From Eledone cirrhosa (taxonomy: Eukaryota): a DNA stretch of 64,000 nt. Numbering within the stretch: the first letter of the stretch is position 1; each line of letters starts with the position of its first letter. The position numbers were made by a program, and so were the translations under genes. This document shows positions 10,398 to 23,890 of this stretch, piece by piece. Below the pieces are notes generated by a model. That model had not been told where the DNA came from and did not search any database. It was given only the letters and a program-made list of their open reading frames with translations. The DNA lies in NCBI GenBank assembly GCA_964016885.1, contig OZ024742.1, positions 194,370,001 to 194,434,000 on the forward strand, in the 5' to 3' direction.

Positions 10398-12389
10398 TTA
10401 TACTTCTCTTAGGTCAGTGTTGTTTGTTTGGGTGTTGTTGTTGTTCCACTCATTCTTTCTGTTTAGCTTTGGTCTTCTAATTTCTATTTCACTGGCCTCT
10501 CTGATTTGCCTATCTGCTGGGTCATTCCTATGTTTAGATATTATTCTAATTTCTATGTTGTCTATGTTACCGTCATGATGTTGTCTAGCATGTTCGTATA
10601 GTACTGACCCGTTTTTTCGTCCTTTTAGTTCCCCCCAGTGTTGGTCTATCCTTTCACCTATGCTACGAGCTGTCTCACCTATGTATGTTGTTGTCGTGTT
10701 TCTGCAAGTACCCTCTGTACATCTTATGCTATAGACTACGTTTCTAGTTTTACAGTTTATCCGGGGGTTCACCTTACATATGATACATTTCCTATTGGTA
10801 CAGTGGGTTTTCTTAAAAGGGTAGGTTTTGCTGATCAGGGATTTTATGGTGGTTCCTGGCTTTTCTACCACCTTTATTTTTAAGTGGGTCTTTCTCAGGG
10901 CCTTTCTACACTGGTTAGCTAATTTCCCTCCAGGGGTGGCGTCCACAAACATGACACTCTGATATCTCTGGTTGTCGTACCATGATGTGGCCTTCCCTAT
11001 CTTATGTCTAGCCCTATCTAAGCTATTCCATGATTTGCTCCTGTATAGTGGGCAAATTCCTTTCATGTCCAGTTCTATGAGGGTCTTATACTTTTCCATG
11101 GCTCCTTCGTATACTCTGACTCTGTCTCTTTGGTTGTAGCCAGAGAACTGCATGCGGTTGATGAAGTGTTGGATGTGTCCTTCCATTTCTGTTGGGTCGC
11201 ACATGCTGGACACATTCTTCATCACTCGTACCAAATCTGCGATCAGAATATTAAACTTAGCACTACTGGACATTGCTGAGTTTTTGAGTATCAGGTATTT
11301 GGAGGCCATGGGTTTAGCATAGTGTGAGTGGAGAATTTGGGCTCTCTCGTCTATAGTGTTGATCCAGAGTTCTGTGTCTAATACAGGTAGTCTATTGTTA
11401 GGGTGTTTGGAAGGGAAGTCTATAGTTACAGTTATACTCTGGAGTATGGAATTAGCTATCTGCTGGATGCTTTCCATCGTGCTACGTTCTAAATCAAACT
11501 TGTTAGTGCTCTCTAGTGGGGGTGTTCTTATAACTATATTGATATCGTCTACATAACGAGAGTACATGATGAGGTCTATGGAGCTTTCATTAAGGAGATC
11601 TTTAAGTCTCCTTTCCCACCATACCATGAAAAGGTTGGCAACATCGCCAGCTATGCTGACGCCGATGGCTGCTCCCTCATTTTGGGTGTAGATTTTCTCA
11701 TTGAACTTAAATATGTGGCCCTTTAGGGTAGTTTTGATACTAGCCCCTATTGCATGTGCGACCATTTTTCTTACCTGATCAGTGTTTTGGGGGGTCCGTA
11801 TAGCTTTGGTCCACCCAATCCACCTTCCTATGGGAGTCTTTTTAGCCATTGAGGTTATGGTGGGGGGTCTACCTCTTATAGGTCTACTAGGGCAGAAACA
11901 TCTAAGGTCATGGCTGTCTAGGTAGTCAGTGTCGTAGGTAAGTCTAAGTAGGAGGCCCAGTTCGTCTGTGTCGACGTCGCAGAACTCCACCTCACTCTCA
12001 ATGATCATCTCCACACATCTTTTCACAGCAAAATCAATGTTAATGGATGGGTACAGTGACACCACATCCATGCTGCCTATTATGCAGTTGGATAGGCTCC
12101 TGTTTTTGTTGCACTCACTGATTCTGCTGAGGAGGTCCTCTGTACTTTCACATACATCTGGGGACATCTTGATTATGGGGCGTATAACCATTGAGAGGAA
12201 GTAGGAGATCCTGTAGTTGCTAGCTATATTAGCTCCGCATACAGGTCTTGTTGGTGGTCCTATTGTCGGGTCGTCGACTGTCTTGTGGTCTTTGCGGAGC
12301 CCATACAAGGGTGGTATGCCATTGTTAGACGCCTGGAAGTTGTTGGCAGTGCGTCTGCTTGGCTTTAGGATGTCAGTCCACATCATCAT
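10398..12389 (-). CDS. PLE reverse transcriptase + GIY-YIG endonuclease
   Basis: GPPTRPV, SMDVVSLYPSI, GAAIGVSIAG, YSRYVDD, LPVLD; CxxxxCxxC linker; VVYSIRC...YIGETARS...H...H; 663 aa uninterrupted. Confidence 0.92.
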   Translation of the reverse strand: MMMWTDILKPSRRTANNFQASNNGIPPLYGLRKDHKTVDDPTIGPPTRPVCGANIASNYRISYFLSMVIRPIIKMSPDVCESTEDLLSRISECNKNRSLSNCIIGSMDVVSLYPSINIDFAVKRCVEMIIESEVEFCDVDTDELGLLLRLTYDTDYLDSHDLRCFCPSRPIRGRPPTITSMAKKTPIGRWIGWTKAIRTPQNTDQVRKMVAHAIGASIKTTLKGHIFKFNEKIYTQNEGAAIGVSIAGDVANLFMVWWERRLKDLLNESSIDLIMYSRYVDDINIVIRTPPLESTNKFDLERSTMESIQQIANSILQSITVTIDFPSKHPNNRLPVLDTELWINTIDERAQILHSHYAKPMASKYLILKNSAMSSSAKFNILIADLVRVMKNVSSMCDPTEMEGHIQHFINRMQFSGYNQRDRVRVYEGAMEKYKTLIELDMKGICPLYRSKSWNSLDRARHKIGKATSWYDNQRYQSVMFVDATPGGKLANQCRKALRKTHLKIKVVEKPGTTIKSLISKTYPFKKTHCTNRKCIICKVNPRINCKTRNVVYSIRCTEGTCRNTTTTYIGETARSIGERIDQHWGELKGRKNGSVLYEHARQHHDGNIDNIEIRIISKHRNDPADRQIREASEIEIRRPKLNRKNEWNNNNTQTNNTDLREV

Positions 12390-13756
12390 GTGAGCGTTGA
12401 GGATTTTTTTTCTCTCCCATCGTGTGTTAGTTGTGCAACTTCGCTCGTGTTGGTGATGTGGGGTTGCATTGCCTCGATGTAGTTCGGCATGCTATCTATT
12501 GACATCCTACCAGACTTATCTGTGGGTAGACACACTACCTCACCATCCCTTGTGCGCTGCTTGAGGCTAACCAAGCCTTCTACAGGTTTTATCCCAAGTT
12601 GTTGGGCCTCTGGTCTGCTCTGTCTCATAGTGTACCTGTCTACTACTTGTCTAATCTTATTTCTAGCTATGGTGAACTCTGCCTCCGTCTCGTCATCTAT
12701 TTGTTGTGGTATGCAAACTCTTTTATTAAAGGGTAACCTCGTAGGGTAGATATTACCCATCTTATATGTTTTGTCAGCTGGGTTGAAAAATAGTTTCTCT
12801 AAGGGGTTGTCGTTATTTCTATCGTCATAGTTGTGTGTGTTGCTATTATTGTTATCATGGTGGTTGTTGTTGTTTCTATCCTTAGCATTAATATTATTAT
12901 TGTTATGATTGCTAGATGTATTGTTGTTTACTTCACCGTTATTGTTGTTGTTGTTACTGCTATTTCTACCATTGTGGTTGTTACTATTATTATGTTTCTT
13001 GTTTTTGTTGATGTTGCTACATGTACTATTTCCATTATTACCACTGTGGTTATTGTTGTTGTTGTTGTTCGTATTGTTACCGTTATTACTACTGTGGTCA
13101 CTGTTGCTGTGTCTGTGGTTAACGTTTCTATTATTATTATTATTGTGGTTGTTGTTGTTCTGTCTATCGCTAGTATTATTACCATTATCACTATTTCTCA
13201 CTTTCCTGCCATTGTTATGGTTATGGCTGTTATTTCTATACCCATATATATTTATATATATTTATATATATATTTATATATATATTTATATATATTTATA
13301 TATATATTTATATATGGGGCGGTGCCCCAGCATGGCCTCAGCCGGATGGCTGAAACAGGTAAAAGAGTAATATTATCCTTATCGAGCACTCTTCAGATTT
13401 TAGCCTCCACATTTATTATTATTACACTCTCTCTATACATATATATATATAAGCAAAGCCGAATCTGTTAATTTTCAGATAGTATTCTGACGGTTGAAAT
13501 ATAAGGCATGATGGACAAATGCGCAAACGGTGGTGAACAAATTAAATTAATTCATTGACTGTTTCGGGTCATGCAGAGAGAATGCATAAAAAGATGATGG
13601 TTTCATTAATCTACCACCAAACTATCTATGCTTTCACCCATTCAATGAAATATAGCTTTACAAAAGAAATCACAAAATGAAGAACCTGAAATTAATATAA
13701 AATATGTGGCTTTCGGCTAAATTTCATTCATGCTTAAATCAAATTTTTATTAAATC

Positions 13757-13857
13757 TAAAGTATACTAAGTGGAATGACGCAAGATTGCTAGTTGATGAT
13801 TATAACACCCAAGTTGAAGTATTTGAATATAAAAGTTATTTTTTTCATAATTTAATC

Positions 13858-13935
<78 letters not shown>

Positions 13936-14044
13936 AGAGAGAGAGAGAATGAGAGAGAGAGAGAGAGAGATTGTGTATGCATATGTATTCATTTATAAGT
14001 AGATATATATACTTATATATGAATACATATGCATACACATTCTC

Positions 14045-14078
<34 letters not shown>

Positions 14079-14224
14079 GTATATATATATATATATATAT
14101 ATATACCCGAGAGTATTATGATTAAATTATGAAAAATATAAAACTTTTATGTTCAAATAATACTTCAGCTTGGGTGTTATAATCATCAACTAGCAATCTT
14201 GCATCATTCCACTTAGTATACTTT

Positions 14225-14225
<1 letters not shown>
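13757..14225. repeat. ~470-bp imperfect palindrome centred near 14005
   Basis: Unique arms 13757-13862 / 14117-14225, then (TA)n, (GA)n/(TC)n and tgtgtatgcatatgtattcat / atgaatacatatgcatacaca, all mirror-symmetric. Confidence 0.85.
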
Positions 14226-14283
<58 letters not shown>

Positions 14284-14691
14284 CATATATATACATATAT
14301 GTATATATATATATATATATATATGTGTATATATGTATTTATATGTATGTATATATAAATATCTTTGTATATATATATAGGTGGATATGTACATGCATGT
14401 ACATATATGTGTATATGTATATATATATATATGTTTATGTATGCGTGTGTGTGTGTGTGCATTTGTATAATGTTCTTGACGTTTACGGACAATTTTTTAT
14501 CAATTTCTTTCTTCTTTCATTTCTCTGTAAGAATTCTTTCTCGGGTAATCATAATAAACTTAAACAAATATCAAGAGTTCCTATGACCCAATATTTTTAT
14601 ATCTGCGAATAAGCGAACATGAAAAGAATTCTGGAGCTTCATCTTCTTTCTTTCGATGCTTTTCATCTGAAGTAGCCTTAAGATATGTGTG

Positions 14692-14724
<33 letters not shown>

Positions 14725-15039
14725 GCACATTATATATATATATATATATATATATATAGATATAGATATATGTGTGTGTGTGTGTGTGTTTATCTGCGCG
14801 TGTGTGTATGTGTGTGCGAGTGTAAACATACATACACTCACATACACGCATGCACACACTCACACATACAACACGCACGTATAGGCTGTTTTCATTTAAT
14901 CTGTTATTGCTTAAACTCATTAGATAGCGGGTGTAAAAATGTTATCTATTTAAATTAATAATAATACGTCTACGCACTTATAGTAAGGTGAGGCAGCACT
15001 ATTTTAACTAAAGTAATTAAATTTATTTGAAAAGAATAT

Positions 15040-15500
15040 AGTATTGATGTATATGATGCCAGGAGGCCCAGTGGTTGACTGAGAGCAAGATGGTTGGATA
15101 AGATCCATGAGGTAAGCTGGTCTTGCTTGGGGATACAGTAGGATCAGTTATTCGATAGAGTGTATAACTCGGAGATCATAGAACAACTCCACTAGAGCCT
15201 TTTCTTCGAATGGGGCGATCACAGCTCCAAAACTATGGGCATGTGGTTACAATGTTTCAGGAAAGAACCACTGGACATATTTTACGAGCAAAACCAACTG
15301 CCAGGAAACCCAGGAGTAGACCTCGAGCAATATGGTTGGGTAACATTTATGGGCTCGGCAGGTCACGCTTGGGGAACCAGTCGAATTAGTTGGAAATAGT
15401 TGCTTCTGACAAGAACCGCTCGAATGAGTGTTTGATGTTTCTCCATGGCCATCTCAGGAATAGGTCAGCGAAGAAGCAGAAGTATATTATGTATATATCT
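15040..15500 (+). mobile_element. Decayed RTE-type LINE 3' fragment
   Basis: Broken translation resembles the RTE C-terminus (EP.L...SQL..GHV..M..ER...KPRSRPR..W). Confidence 0.5.
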
Positions 15501-17113
15501 GTCTCCCTCCGTCCTTTTCAATTCTACCCCCCTCCCCCGATTACCTTGCAGTCAGCTCATCATTTCCCTTCCTGGTAGCGGTGTGTGTACTGTATTTTAC
15601 AGTACTTCAGTTTACTCTGCTGGAAGATTGCGATAAGGCTACATTTGTTAATGAAAGGCGTTACCACGTGCACAATAATTTCACAAGCATGCTGTTCAGT
15701 TGATCGCAGCAACTGGGAGACGGCTCTTGAATTCGACGAACGTTCAACCCATAAAATGCATGTCTCAAAATGTTAAGTTCTTCTAATATTCAGCACGGTG
15801 CCATCACTGGAATCTGACTTCACAATTATCAATACAATTGCGCATGGTCAGAACATACAATTTTCGAGACACATTTTAATGAACCAGGTTATATATTTGG
15901 ACTCCACCTAGATTCAAAGGGATAAGAGACTGTCCAAAGATCACATGGCAGTGGGCATTACAAGATTATTTGGAAGTAATCAACATCACATCGGACGGAA
16001 CCTATAGAGTAGTGGTATCAAGTAGATTGCTTGTCGTCCAATGAGTTACCCATTACAAGCAGTCATACAGCTAAGACTATGACTAAGACGGCCTTTTTTA
16101 TACGAGTTGGTATCTCAGTTGATCGAATAACAGAATAACTATCATCAAAACAGACGGGGATCCATAATTATACATTTATGTTTCACCGTTGTATTTTCCT
16201 TTCATTTGTGGTAAACATGACTGTTGTGTTTAGGAAGAGAAGTGGCAACGCAGATGCACTAGCTCAGCATATTATTTGTATTGAGTAATAGTTGTGGACG
16301 CTAACTTGTTTGAAGAATTAATACGTTTAATTTGTATTCATGGGGTTCTGAGTACGATCCCCTGTTCTGTCAACTTCAGTGAGTATTTTATTTTTTAAAA
16401 TCTTGGAAAAAAAACACATGTTAGTGGAATGAAATAGAAACTATGTAATATCCCTTCGCAAAATCGTCCGCATATTTTTCCCATCGATTCGGCTAGTGAA
16501 ACAGGTCTGAGAAATATTCTACCACTTACGTATTAATTCCCAAGTTTGCCTTTCATTTCATCAAAAAAAGAAATGCAAATCGTCGAGACCGACGTAGACT
16601 CCATCATTAGATAAATATTATCTTTTACTTTATTTGCGTTTAAAACACAAACGCTACATTACAAAATACTAATTAGCACTTAAGTGACGTGACGAGATTT
16701 TATCTTAAAACCAATCCTTACAGAATGGCATCTACATAAAATAATATTTTGGTATCTTATAATCTTGTTTCAGTAATCTTCTAATCGGATTCTTGAGATT
16801 CTTCCTCCTACAGTCCTAATATTGTGCTATATGAAACTTGTTAGAATTTATATAAATAAACATTTATGAATGAAGCTAAGTGAACTGTACGAAAGTTGAC
16901 TCTGCTTTAGAAAATCCGTCTTTTATCATACACTTTACATTGGGCTCTCCTGTAAGTAAACAGATACTAGCCCATCCTTTTACACCCCTAAGTTTCAGTC
17001 TCTCCCAATCATCTCTTTATTAATCTATCTATTTATCTATAGTTACTCTCTCTTACTCTCACACTGTCACAGGAGGAAGTCAGATTTGCAGCTTGTTATG
17101 CAACCTTATATTT

Positions 17114-17247
<134 letters not shown>

Positions 17248-17304
17248 GTGTATATATATATGTGTGTGCGTACATATGTATATATATGTGCGTATATATG
17301 TATA

Positions 17305-17420
<116 letters not shown>

Positions 17421-17679
17421 CATATTATATATAGATGGATAGGTAGATGCACTTAGCTTACGTTCTCAATTATAGTTCATCTAAGTGCGTTATATAATCA
17501 GTGAGAATGTACCACGACCCAACAGTTAGTTGGTGTTGTGACTTTGCGCTTAGTTGAGGTTTATGAAACAGGAAATGTGAACCTCAAATTAATACATGCA
17601 GAAAATATAGAATATTCAACCCAACTACCCGCCTAATACATCTAGCTGTTTCTGAATATATCTATCCTCTATCTAGCTT

Positions 17680-17756
<77 letters not shown>

Positions 17757-18073
17757 TATATATATATATATGTGTGTGTGTATAAATGAATGAAATATAT
17801 ATATATATACACTTTCTTCCCCCTCAAGCACACACAATATATCTTCTCAATCTCTTTTTTTATGAATGTGAAATCAGTTACATAAGTACCTGAATAAATT
17901 CTTTAATCTCTTTCGTTTTATATAACTTAACGGTACGTTATCATTTGTAGACAGCAGAATTACTCGTACAGATTGATATATACATACGATAAACCACGGC
18001 CACATTCACCAAATTATATTAATTTATTAAACTAAAACAGTAATAATAGAATCTGGATGTTGGCATTGCCAGC

Positions 18074-18114
<41 letters not shown>

Positions 18115-18345
18115 CTTTCTCTTCCTCACCTTCTTTTTTCTCTCTCTCTCCTCGAGAGAAACGAAAAGTCGATTTTTAATTTCCACATTACTTGACTGTT
18201 ACTTTCTTTTATGGACTTCGAAAGCAGAAATGGCAAACTTGACATAAGAGTGATTTGAACACAGGAAATAAAGAACCGTAACAAAACATAAGAAACATTA
18301 TCCCGACACCCTAACGTCCATGCCAATCCAAATTAAATAAAGTAC

Positions 18346-18688
18346 TAATTGTTTCTACTTTAGATGCAAGGCTAAAATTACTGGTACACTATTTTATCGA
18401 CCACGTAAGGATGAAAGGAAAAGCTAACCTCGACGGGATTTTAACCCAAAACATAAAGAGACGTAACTCTACCGATACTACCAATAATATCAAATAAAAA
18501 AGTAATAATTGTTTTTACTTTAGGCACACGGCCAGCAATTACCCAGTGCATTACTAGTACTTTATTTTATCGACCCCGTAAGGATGAAAGGCAAAGTCAA
18601 CCTCGGCGGGATTTGAACTCATATCGTAAGGGGACATAACTATGCTGAAAGCATGACATCCGACCCTCTACCGATACTGCCAATCCAC
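18346..18688 (-). mobile_element. Two adjacent tRNA-derived SINE copies
   Basis: ttttatcgaccccgtaaggatgaaaggcaaagtcaacctcggcgggatttgaactc and a more diverged copy at ~18346-18490. Confidence 0.8.
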
Positions 18689-19205
18689 TAATAATGTAAA
18701 TACATCTGATCAGTGAAATATCATGTTATAATTCATCTATGGCGTAACTCATGATCGTAGAGACATCGTTTCAAATCCCCGAGGAGAAAACGATATTTCC
18801 CATTTCCCCATTTCACTCGGGTGTCCAAATTGTGTTGTATTTTTATCTAAAAGAGTCCGACTTGTCATACACTGTGTCTCATTGAATCTGCACGAGAGTA
18901 GACTAGAGCTCCATGTCTATTTGGAATTCTCAGTCACTTGCAGGTTAATTTTCGAACAGAATGCTTCGTTAATCTAATCAAATGCACCACTTGGCGTCGG
19001 AATCGTTGGTGGAACAACATAAGTTAATCTGCTGAAAAGTCAAATCATGATTATTTATACTGTGAAATTTGAAAATTATTTTTATTGACACCCACCCATA
19101 TATTTATTTTACGAAATAGAGCAGTTCTTCACACATAAACAGATGCATAACCTTGAAGACATCAACAGTGTTGTTGTCCTAGAATCACTAGGCGTTGTAA
19201 GTCTT

Positions 19206-19262
<57 letters not shown>

Positions 19263-19264
<2 letters not shown>

Positions 19265-20593
19265 CGAAGGAAATGTGGTAAGGAACCAGGTGGACCATAA
19301 CGCACCAAAGTACTCAATACTTAGGGTAGTAGAGTGGGTAATAGGAATGAGTAGGACCCCGACGGCTGAGAAACAAGCCGTTTCGACGGCTAATTCTGGA
19401 CTAAATGAACATTTTTATCCTGGTATATGAATAGCCGAGCTTCTCGGGGGGTAATTCCATATATGGTAAAAGTGATTGTCACAAGGATTGGTCAAAGGTT
19501 TGTTGTTGAGACACATAATTCTATCATGGCAATTTGTGAAAGGAAGGGGTAGCTGAACCTGCCAGTAGAAGAAAGAGGGAGAGGGAGAGGGAGTGGAGGA
19601 AACCCAGTCGTGCGTTGATAGTGCCAACTACAGCAGGACAGGAGGTCAAGCAAGTATACTAGGGAGGGGAAGGGGGAGGGAGTTGAAACAATAAGTAAAT
19701 CAATATGGAGTAAATATATAGAAGAATACCAAGAATGTTAAAAATATTTTTTTTTTTTATATTTTTGGTTACGACAGTCATCAATTCTCTCACTGGTACT
19801 GCTAAACTATAGAAAAGTTTACTAGGTGGGACGGAATTCTAAAGAGACCAATTTAAGAGTTAGTAGTAATCAACCGAGTATATCTTACGGTGACAGGTAA
19901 ACAAGTGGGGGCCAAAATACTAAAGATACTACCACGAAATAATAATGCAGAGTCCCGAAACTAATACGAAATAATTGCCTCCACCCTAGGCACAAGGCAG
20001 CAACCACCCAGTGCAAAAAATAAACTAATACGAAATAATAATTCAGAATCCCGAAAATGAATACTAATACTATCTCTAAGGATGCCCCTACGATACAAAA
20101 ATTCTAGCGCAAACTACATAAATGCTCGTACGAGGTATATATGAAAAATTTGCCACCAAAAGAAAATACTGATATACGAGAAATTAAAGCAGAGATACCA
20201 CTAAGAAATGTAGAAAGCACGGAAATGGGGCAGCCATCGGATAAGAAAGCAAGTATCTGGGGTCTATCACATCTGCTATAAAAAGCGGAGTCGGCCAATT
20301 CTATCATAGAATAGGGGATGGGGGTGGGGGTACTGAGGCTACAAAGGACCGAGAGGCTACCTCGGGTGGGCGAGAAAATGAAAAATACGACGACAAAGAA
20401 GGAGGACTGGGGAGGAAGGACTAGGAAGGGATGGGGGGAAGCAGGAAATATAGAGGAAACGATAAAAATATATGAAAAAAGATCTTACGTCTACCTTTGC
20501 AAGCAGGGGTTACCCATTACAAAGTCGGCAAGTGGGGTGTTACAGCCCTTGCTGTAACACCCCAATTTTTCATATATACCTCGTACGAGCATT
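19263..20593 (-). mobile_element. PLE 3' terminus and decayed body (same family as 25897-27965)
   Basis: 19340-19700 aligns with 25897-26250; terminus shared with 23604-23808 and 52033-52227; starts at (TA)n; right boundary uncertain. Confidence 0.65.
19356..19452 (-). ncRNA. Hammerhead motif with degenerate core (CCGAGAA)
   Basis: Minus: acccc CCGAGAA gctcggcta...tagccgtc GAAA cggct-loop-agccg TC ggggt. Confidence 0.55.
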
Positions 20594-21509
20594 TATGTTT
20601 CAACGATGGGTGTTCCAGTTGTTTATGCAACAGAACAGCCTGATTCTGAATGTAACTTGTAAACGACTGAGCAGTACACAGACACATGTAACCTCAATGT
20701 AATTTCTCGGGGATTAAGTGTGACATATTTATATCTTTGAATAATATTACAATCTTTGGAAGGGATTTCCAGCAGTTTCATATCTACCCTATTTTACTTG
20801 TGAGATTGGAATCGATGCCGTTGCTGTGGTAAATGACACTTGCACAAGATGCGACGCTGTAGGCTCGAACTCATGTGCTAAAAATTGAGAGGTGGTTCTT
20901 AAATATTCCGGCATGCTGCCTCGAATGTAATAAATTGCTATTGTTGATGATAAGTTCAGCTCATCCGTACACCAACTACTTACATTTTTCCAGCCGTAAA
21001 CATTATGTATTTAGGTTCTAGATTCAATATATCAAGGTATACATTAGTCAATATATCAAGGACTACATTATTGGATGTCCCTTTTCTTTAAGACTGTAAG
21101 GTGTGTTTAGACGAACATGTGACTAATAATTTCACAGATTAAGTACTCATTGACATCTGCACCCGCTTTAGCTCGTCATTTGTTTGTATTATGGAAATGT
21201 TATTTGACATATAGAGGCTTAATTTCCTTTTCGTTCTGGAAGTCAAACGGTACATGCCAAAGTACTAATTAACACTTAAGTAGCATTACATACTATTTAA
21301 AACCTATCATTACAGAATGGCATGTTTAATAAGATACTATTTTTGTTATGTTAGTCTTGGTACAAAAGCGCTGAAATAGCAGTCTGGTTTGAAAAGACTT
21401 CGAGATTTGATTGCCTCATTAATTTCTGAGTGTTCAACTCTCGCCGAGGTCAAGTTTGCCTTTCATTCTTTCAAGATCAATAAGATATATAGCAGTTCCT
21501 GTTCTTATG

Positions 21510-21556
<47 letters not shown>

Positions 21557-23265
21557 TCTCTCTCTCTCTCCCCCCCCCTCTCTCTCTGGAAGAAATTGAC
21601 TATGGTTAAACCCGGCGAGAGATGACATCGGCTTAAAATCTTTCAGGCAACGTCCTCTGATTAATAAAGAACTATTCGTACATTAATGTTCGTATTAAAC
21701 AAATAATGTGATTATAATGCTTAATGACATTTGTATATTATTCTATCTACTATACATACACCTTTGACGAATTGTAGTGCACCTGACCACTGTATACATT
21801 AATTTCATTATTATTATTATTCATTATTATAATAGTTTCTACTTTGAGTTTGAGTACAAGGTCAATAATCTGAAGGGAAGGGGAAATTCAATTAAATCGA
21901 CCCCAGTGTACGACTGATAAATATGTTTTACCGAACTGCAATGATGAAAATTAAAGCTAATATCGGTGGAATGTGAATTACATGACACAAAACATGATTC
22001 CTGAAACTGACAATCCACCGACCTAATGCGCATGACACGAATATGTAAATACGAGTGTGGGTATGCGAATACTGTTACTGCTACTGTTACACGTTATATG
22101 TAAGTATAAGGGTAGCCATGGTGGCTTTTTATCTGCCACTCTTAAGATTCAAGTAGTTCTCTAAATAGCCTACTTATTGCAAGGAGATACACATACCCAC
22201 AGCCGCATCCACGCATATGTATTCCATATACATCTCTAACCTTTATCTCTGTCTCTTTGTATCTCTTATTTACTCTTTCGCACTCTGTTGCTTTCTCCAT
22301 CTCTTTGTGCGTCTAGGTAACTTTGTGCGTGTATTAACATAATTAACTGAGGGAAATACTTTAAATTGTCTTATGGCATATATTTGAATATGGTAGTGGC
22401 AGTGCGTAAAATGTACTTTAATTCAATGAACATTACATATTAAAGGGAAAGTGAAAAGCCAAACCTAGCGGCATATATGCATGGCTCACAAAGAAATGAT
22501 ATATAATATCAAGCAATTATCAATTAAATGTTCAAGTTAATTTACTTTAGATAGCCCTTTCTCCAAGCGTGACAAATTAATTCTGAATTAATTAAATTTA
22601 TCCCCTTGTTTTGTTATTTGGTGGATAACAATATCCACTAGGGTTTATATTTTTATTTCCGTCACCCATCTATGAAGAAGCTATCAATTACTTAAGAAAT
22701 GTTTTGCTTAAAGCATTCAGTACAGTAGTACACTTTAACTTAATTATCCAAATTCATCCTATCGACCCAAATAGATTAGCTTCAATAGAGATTTTTATTT
22801 TTATATTTTATATTATTAGCTTCAATAGAGAATTTTATTTTTATAGAAACTATATTAGCAGATGATTAATATATGTTAGTATCTATGTCAATTAAGTTGG
22901 TAATTATGTTTATTAGACTGTACCCAGGGGTCGAGAAGCCTGCAACCTGTTAGCTTTGCTTGTCTGAGCATGTCGATTCACTTCAAGATTGAGGGAGGGT
23001 TTTTTTTCTTTCTGTTTTAACATCATGAAATAATTTCTCATTTTATTTTAAATCGACTAGCTTTTGCAAATGGTTTGTTTTTGTCGTTATTCTATCTTGA
23101 GTGTTTGTTTTTTGGGGCGGGGGTGTGGGGGGGGGGGGATTTTTTTCAAATAAATTTGGAAATAAGTTTAAAGGGCACGACATTCTCTACAGCACCCTTA
23201 TGATTATAGAAAAGAATTTCTGTACAAAAAATCCAGAACTTATGTATTCCTAAATGAATTCCTAA

Positions 23266-23296
<31 letters not shown>

Positions 23297-23480
23297 CGAT
23301 ATTAACAAATGGAAACTATATTTATAAAACCATATTTATTTCATTATACATATTTCAAGGATACCAAGTTAAATTATGGTATGCCTTCATCAGACAAAAT
23401 ACAATATATTCCAGTTTTATAAATAAACATTGACGTACCCTTTCAAAATGCAACCGTTACTTTTGGAAGACATCAAGATA

Positions 23481-23546
<66 letters not shown>

Positions 23547-23603
23547 TTAATATGGATGCAAATCATTCAAACACTCGACGTCATATATATATATATATAT
23601 ATA

Positions 23604-23808
23604 TAGGTACAAGGAAGACCCCGACGGCTGAGCTCAAGCCGTTTCGACGGCTAATTCTGGACTCTCGAGTCCAGAATTAGCCGTCGAAACGGCTTGAGCT
23701 CAGCCGTCGGGGTCTTACTTGTTCCTATTACCCACTCTACTACCCTAAGTATTGAGTACTTTGGTGCGTTATGGTCCACCTGGTTCCTTACCACATTTCC
23801 TTCGTTAT
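23604..23808. mobile_element. Fold-back copy of the PLE terminus (61-bp hairpin plus tail) just upstream of the GPCR splice acceptor
   Basis: gaccccgacggctgagctcaagccgtttcgacggctaattctggactc-tc-gagtccagaattagccgtcgaaacggcttgagctcagccgtcggggtc. Confidence 0.85.
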
Positions 23809-23890
23809 ATATATATAATGATATAGATGCGTTTTATATATTTTTCTGTTTTTCTATTTCAGCCACCTCTCTCTAAAATCCACATCAAAC

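Larger units (their letters stand above)
10060..13245 (-). mobile_element. Penelope-like retroelement (possibly Naiad-like), 5'-truncated, nearly intact RT-GIY-YIG
   Basis: ORFs 12386-13201 and 10398-12389 joined by one frameshift; 3' UTR with hammerhead motif; both ends in (TA)n. Confidence 0.9.

Noticed and set aside
10110-12389. Selenoprotein-type (Naiad) recoding with in-frame UGA and SECIS
   Set aside because: No in-frame UGA in the 663-aa ORF and no AUGA/GA SECIS stem seen in the 3' UTR
14575-14629. gagttc CTATGA...GAAA agaattc TG gagctt hammerhead-like string
   Set aside because: Core deletion, G at the cleavage position and no stem II; at most a relic
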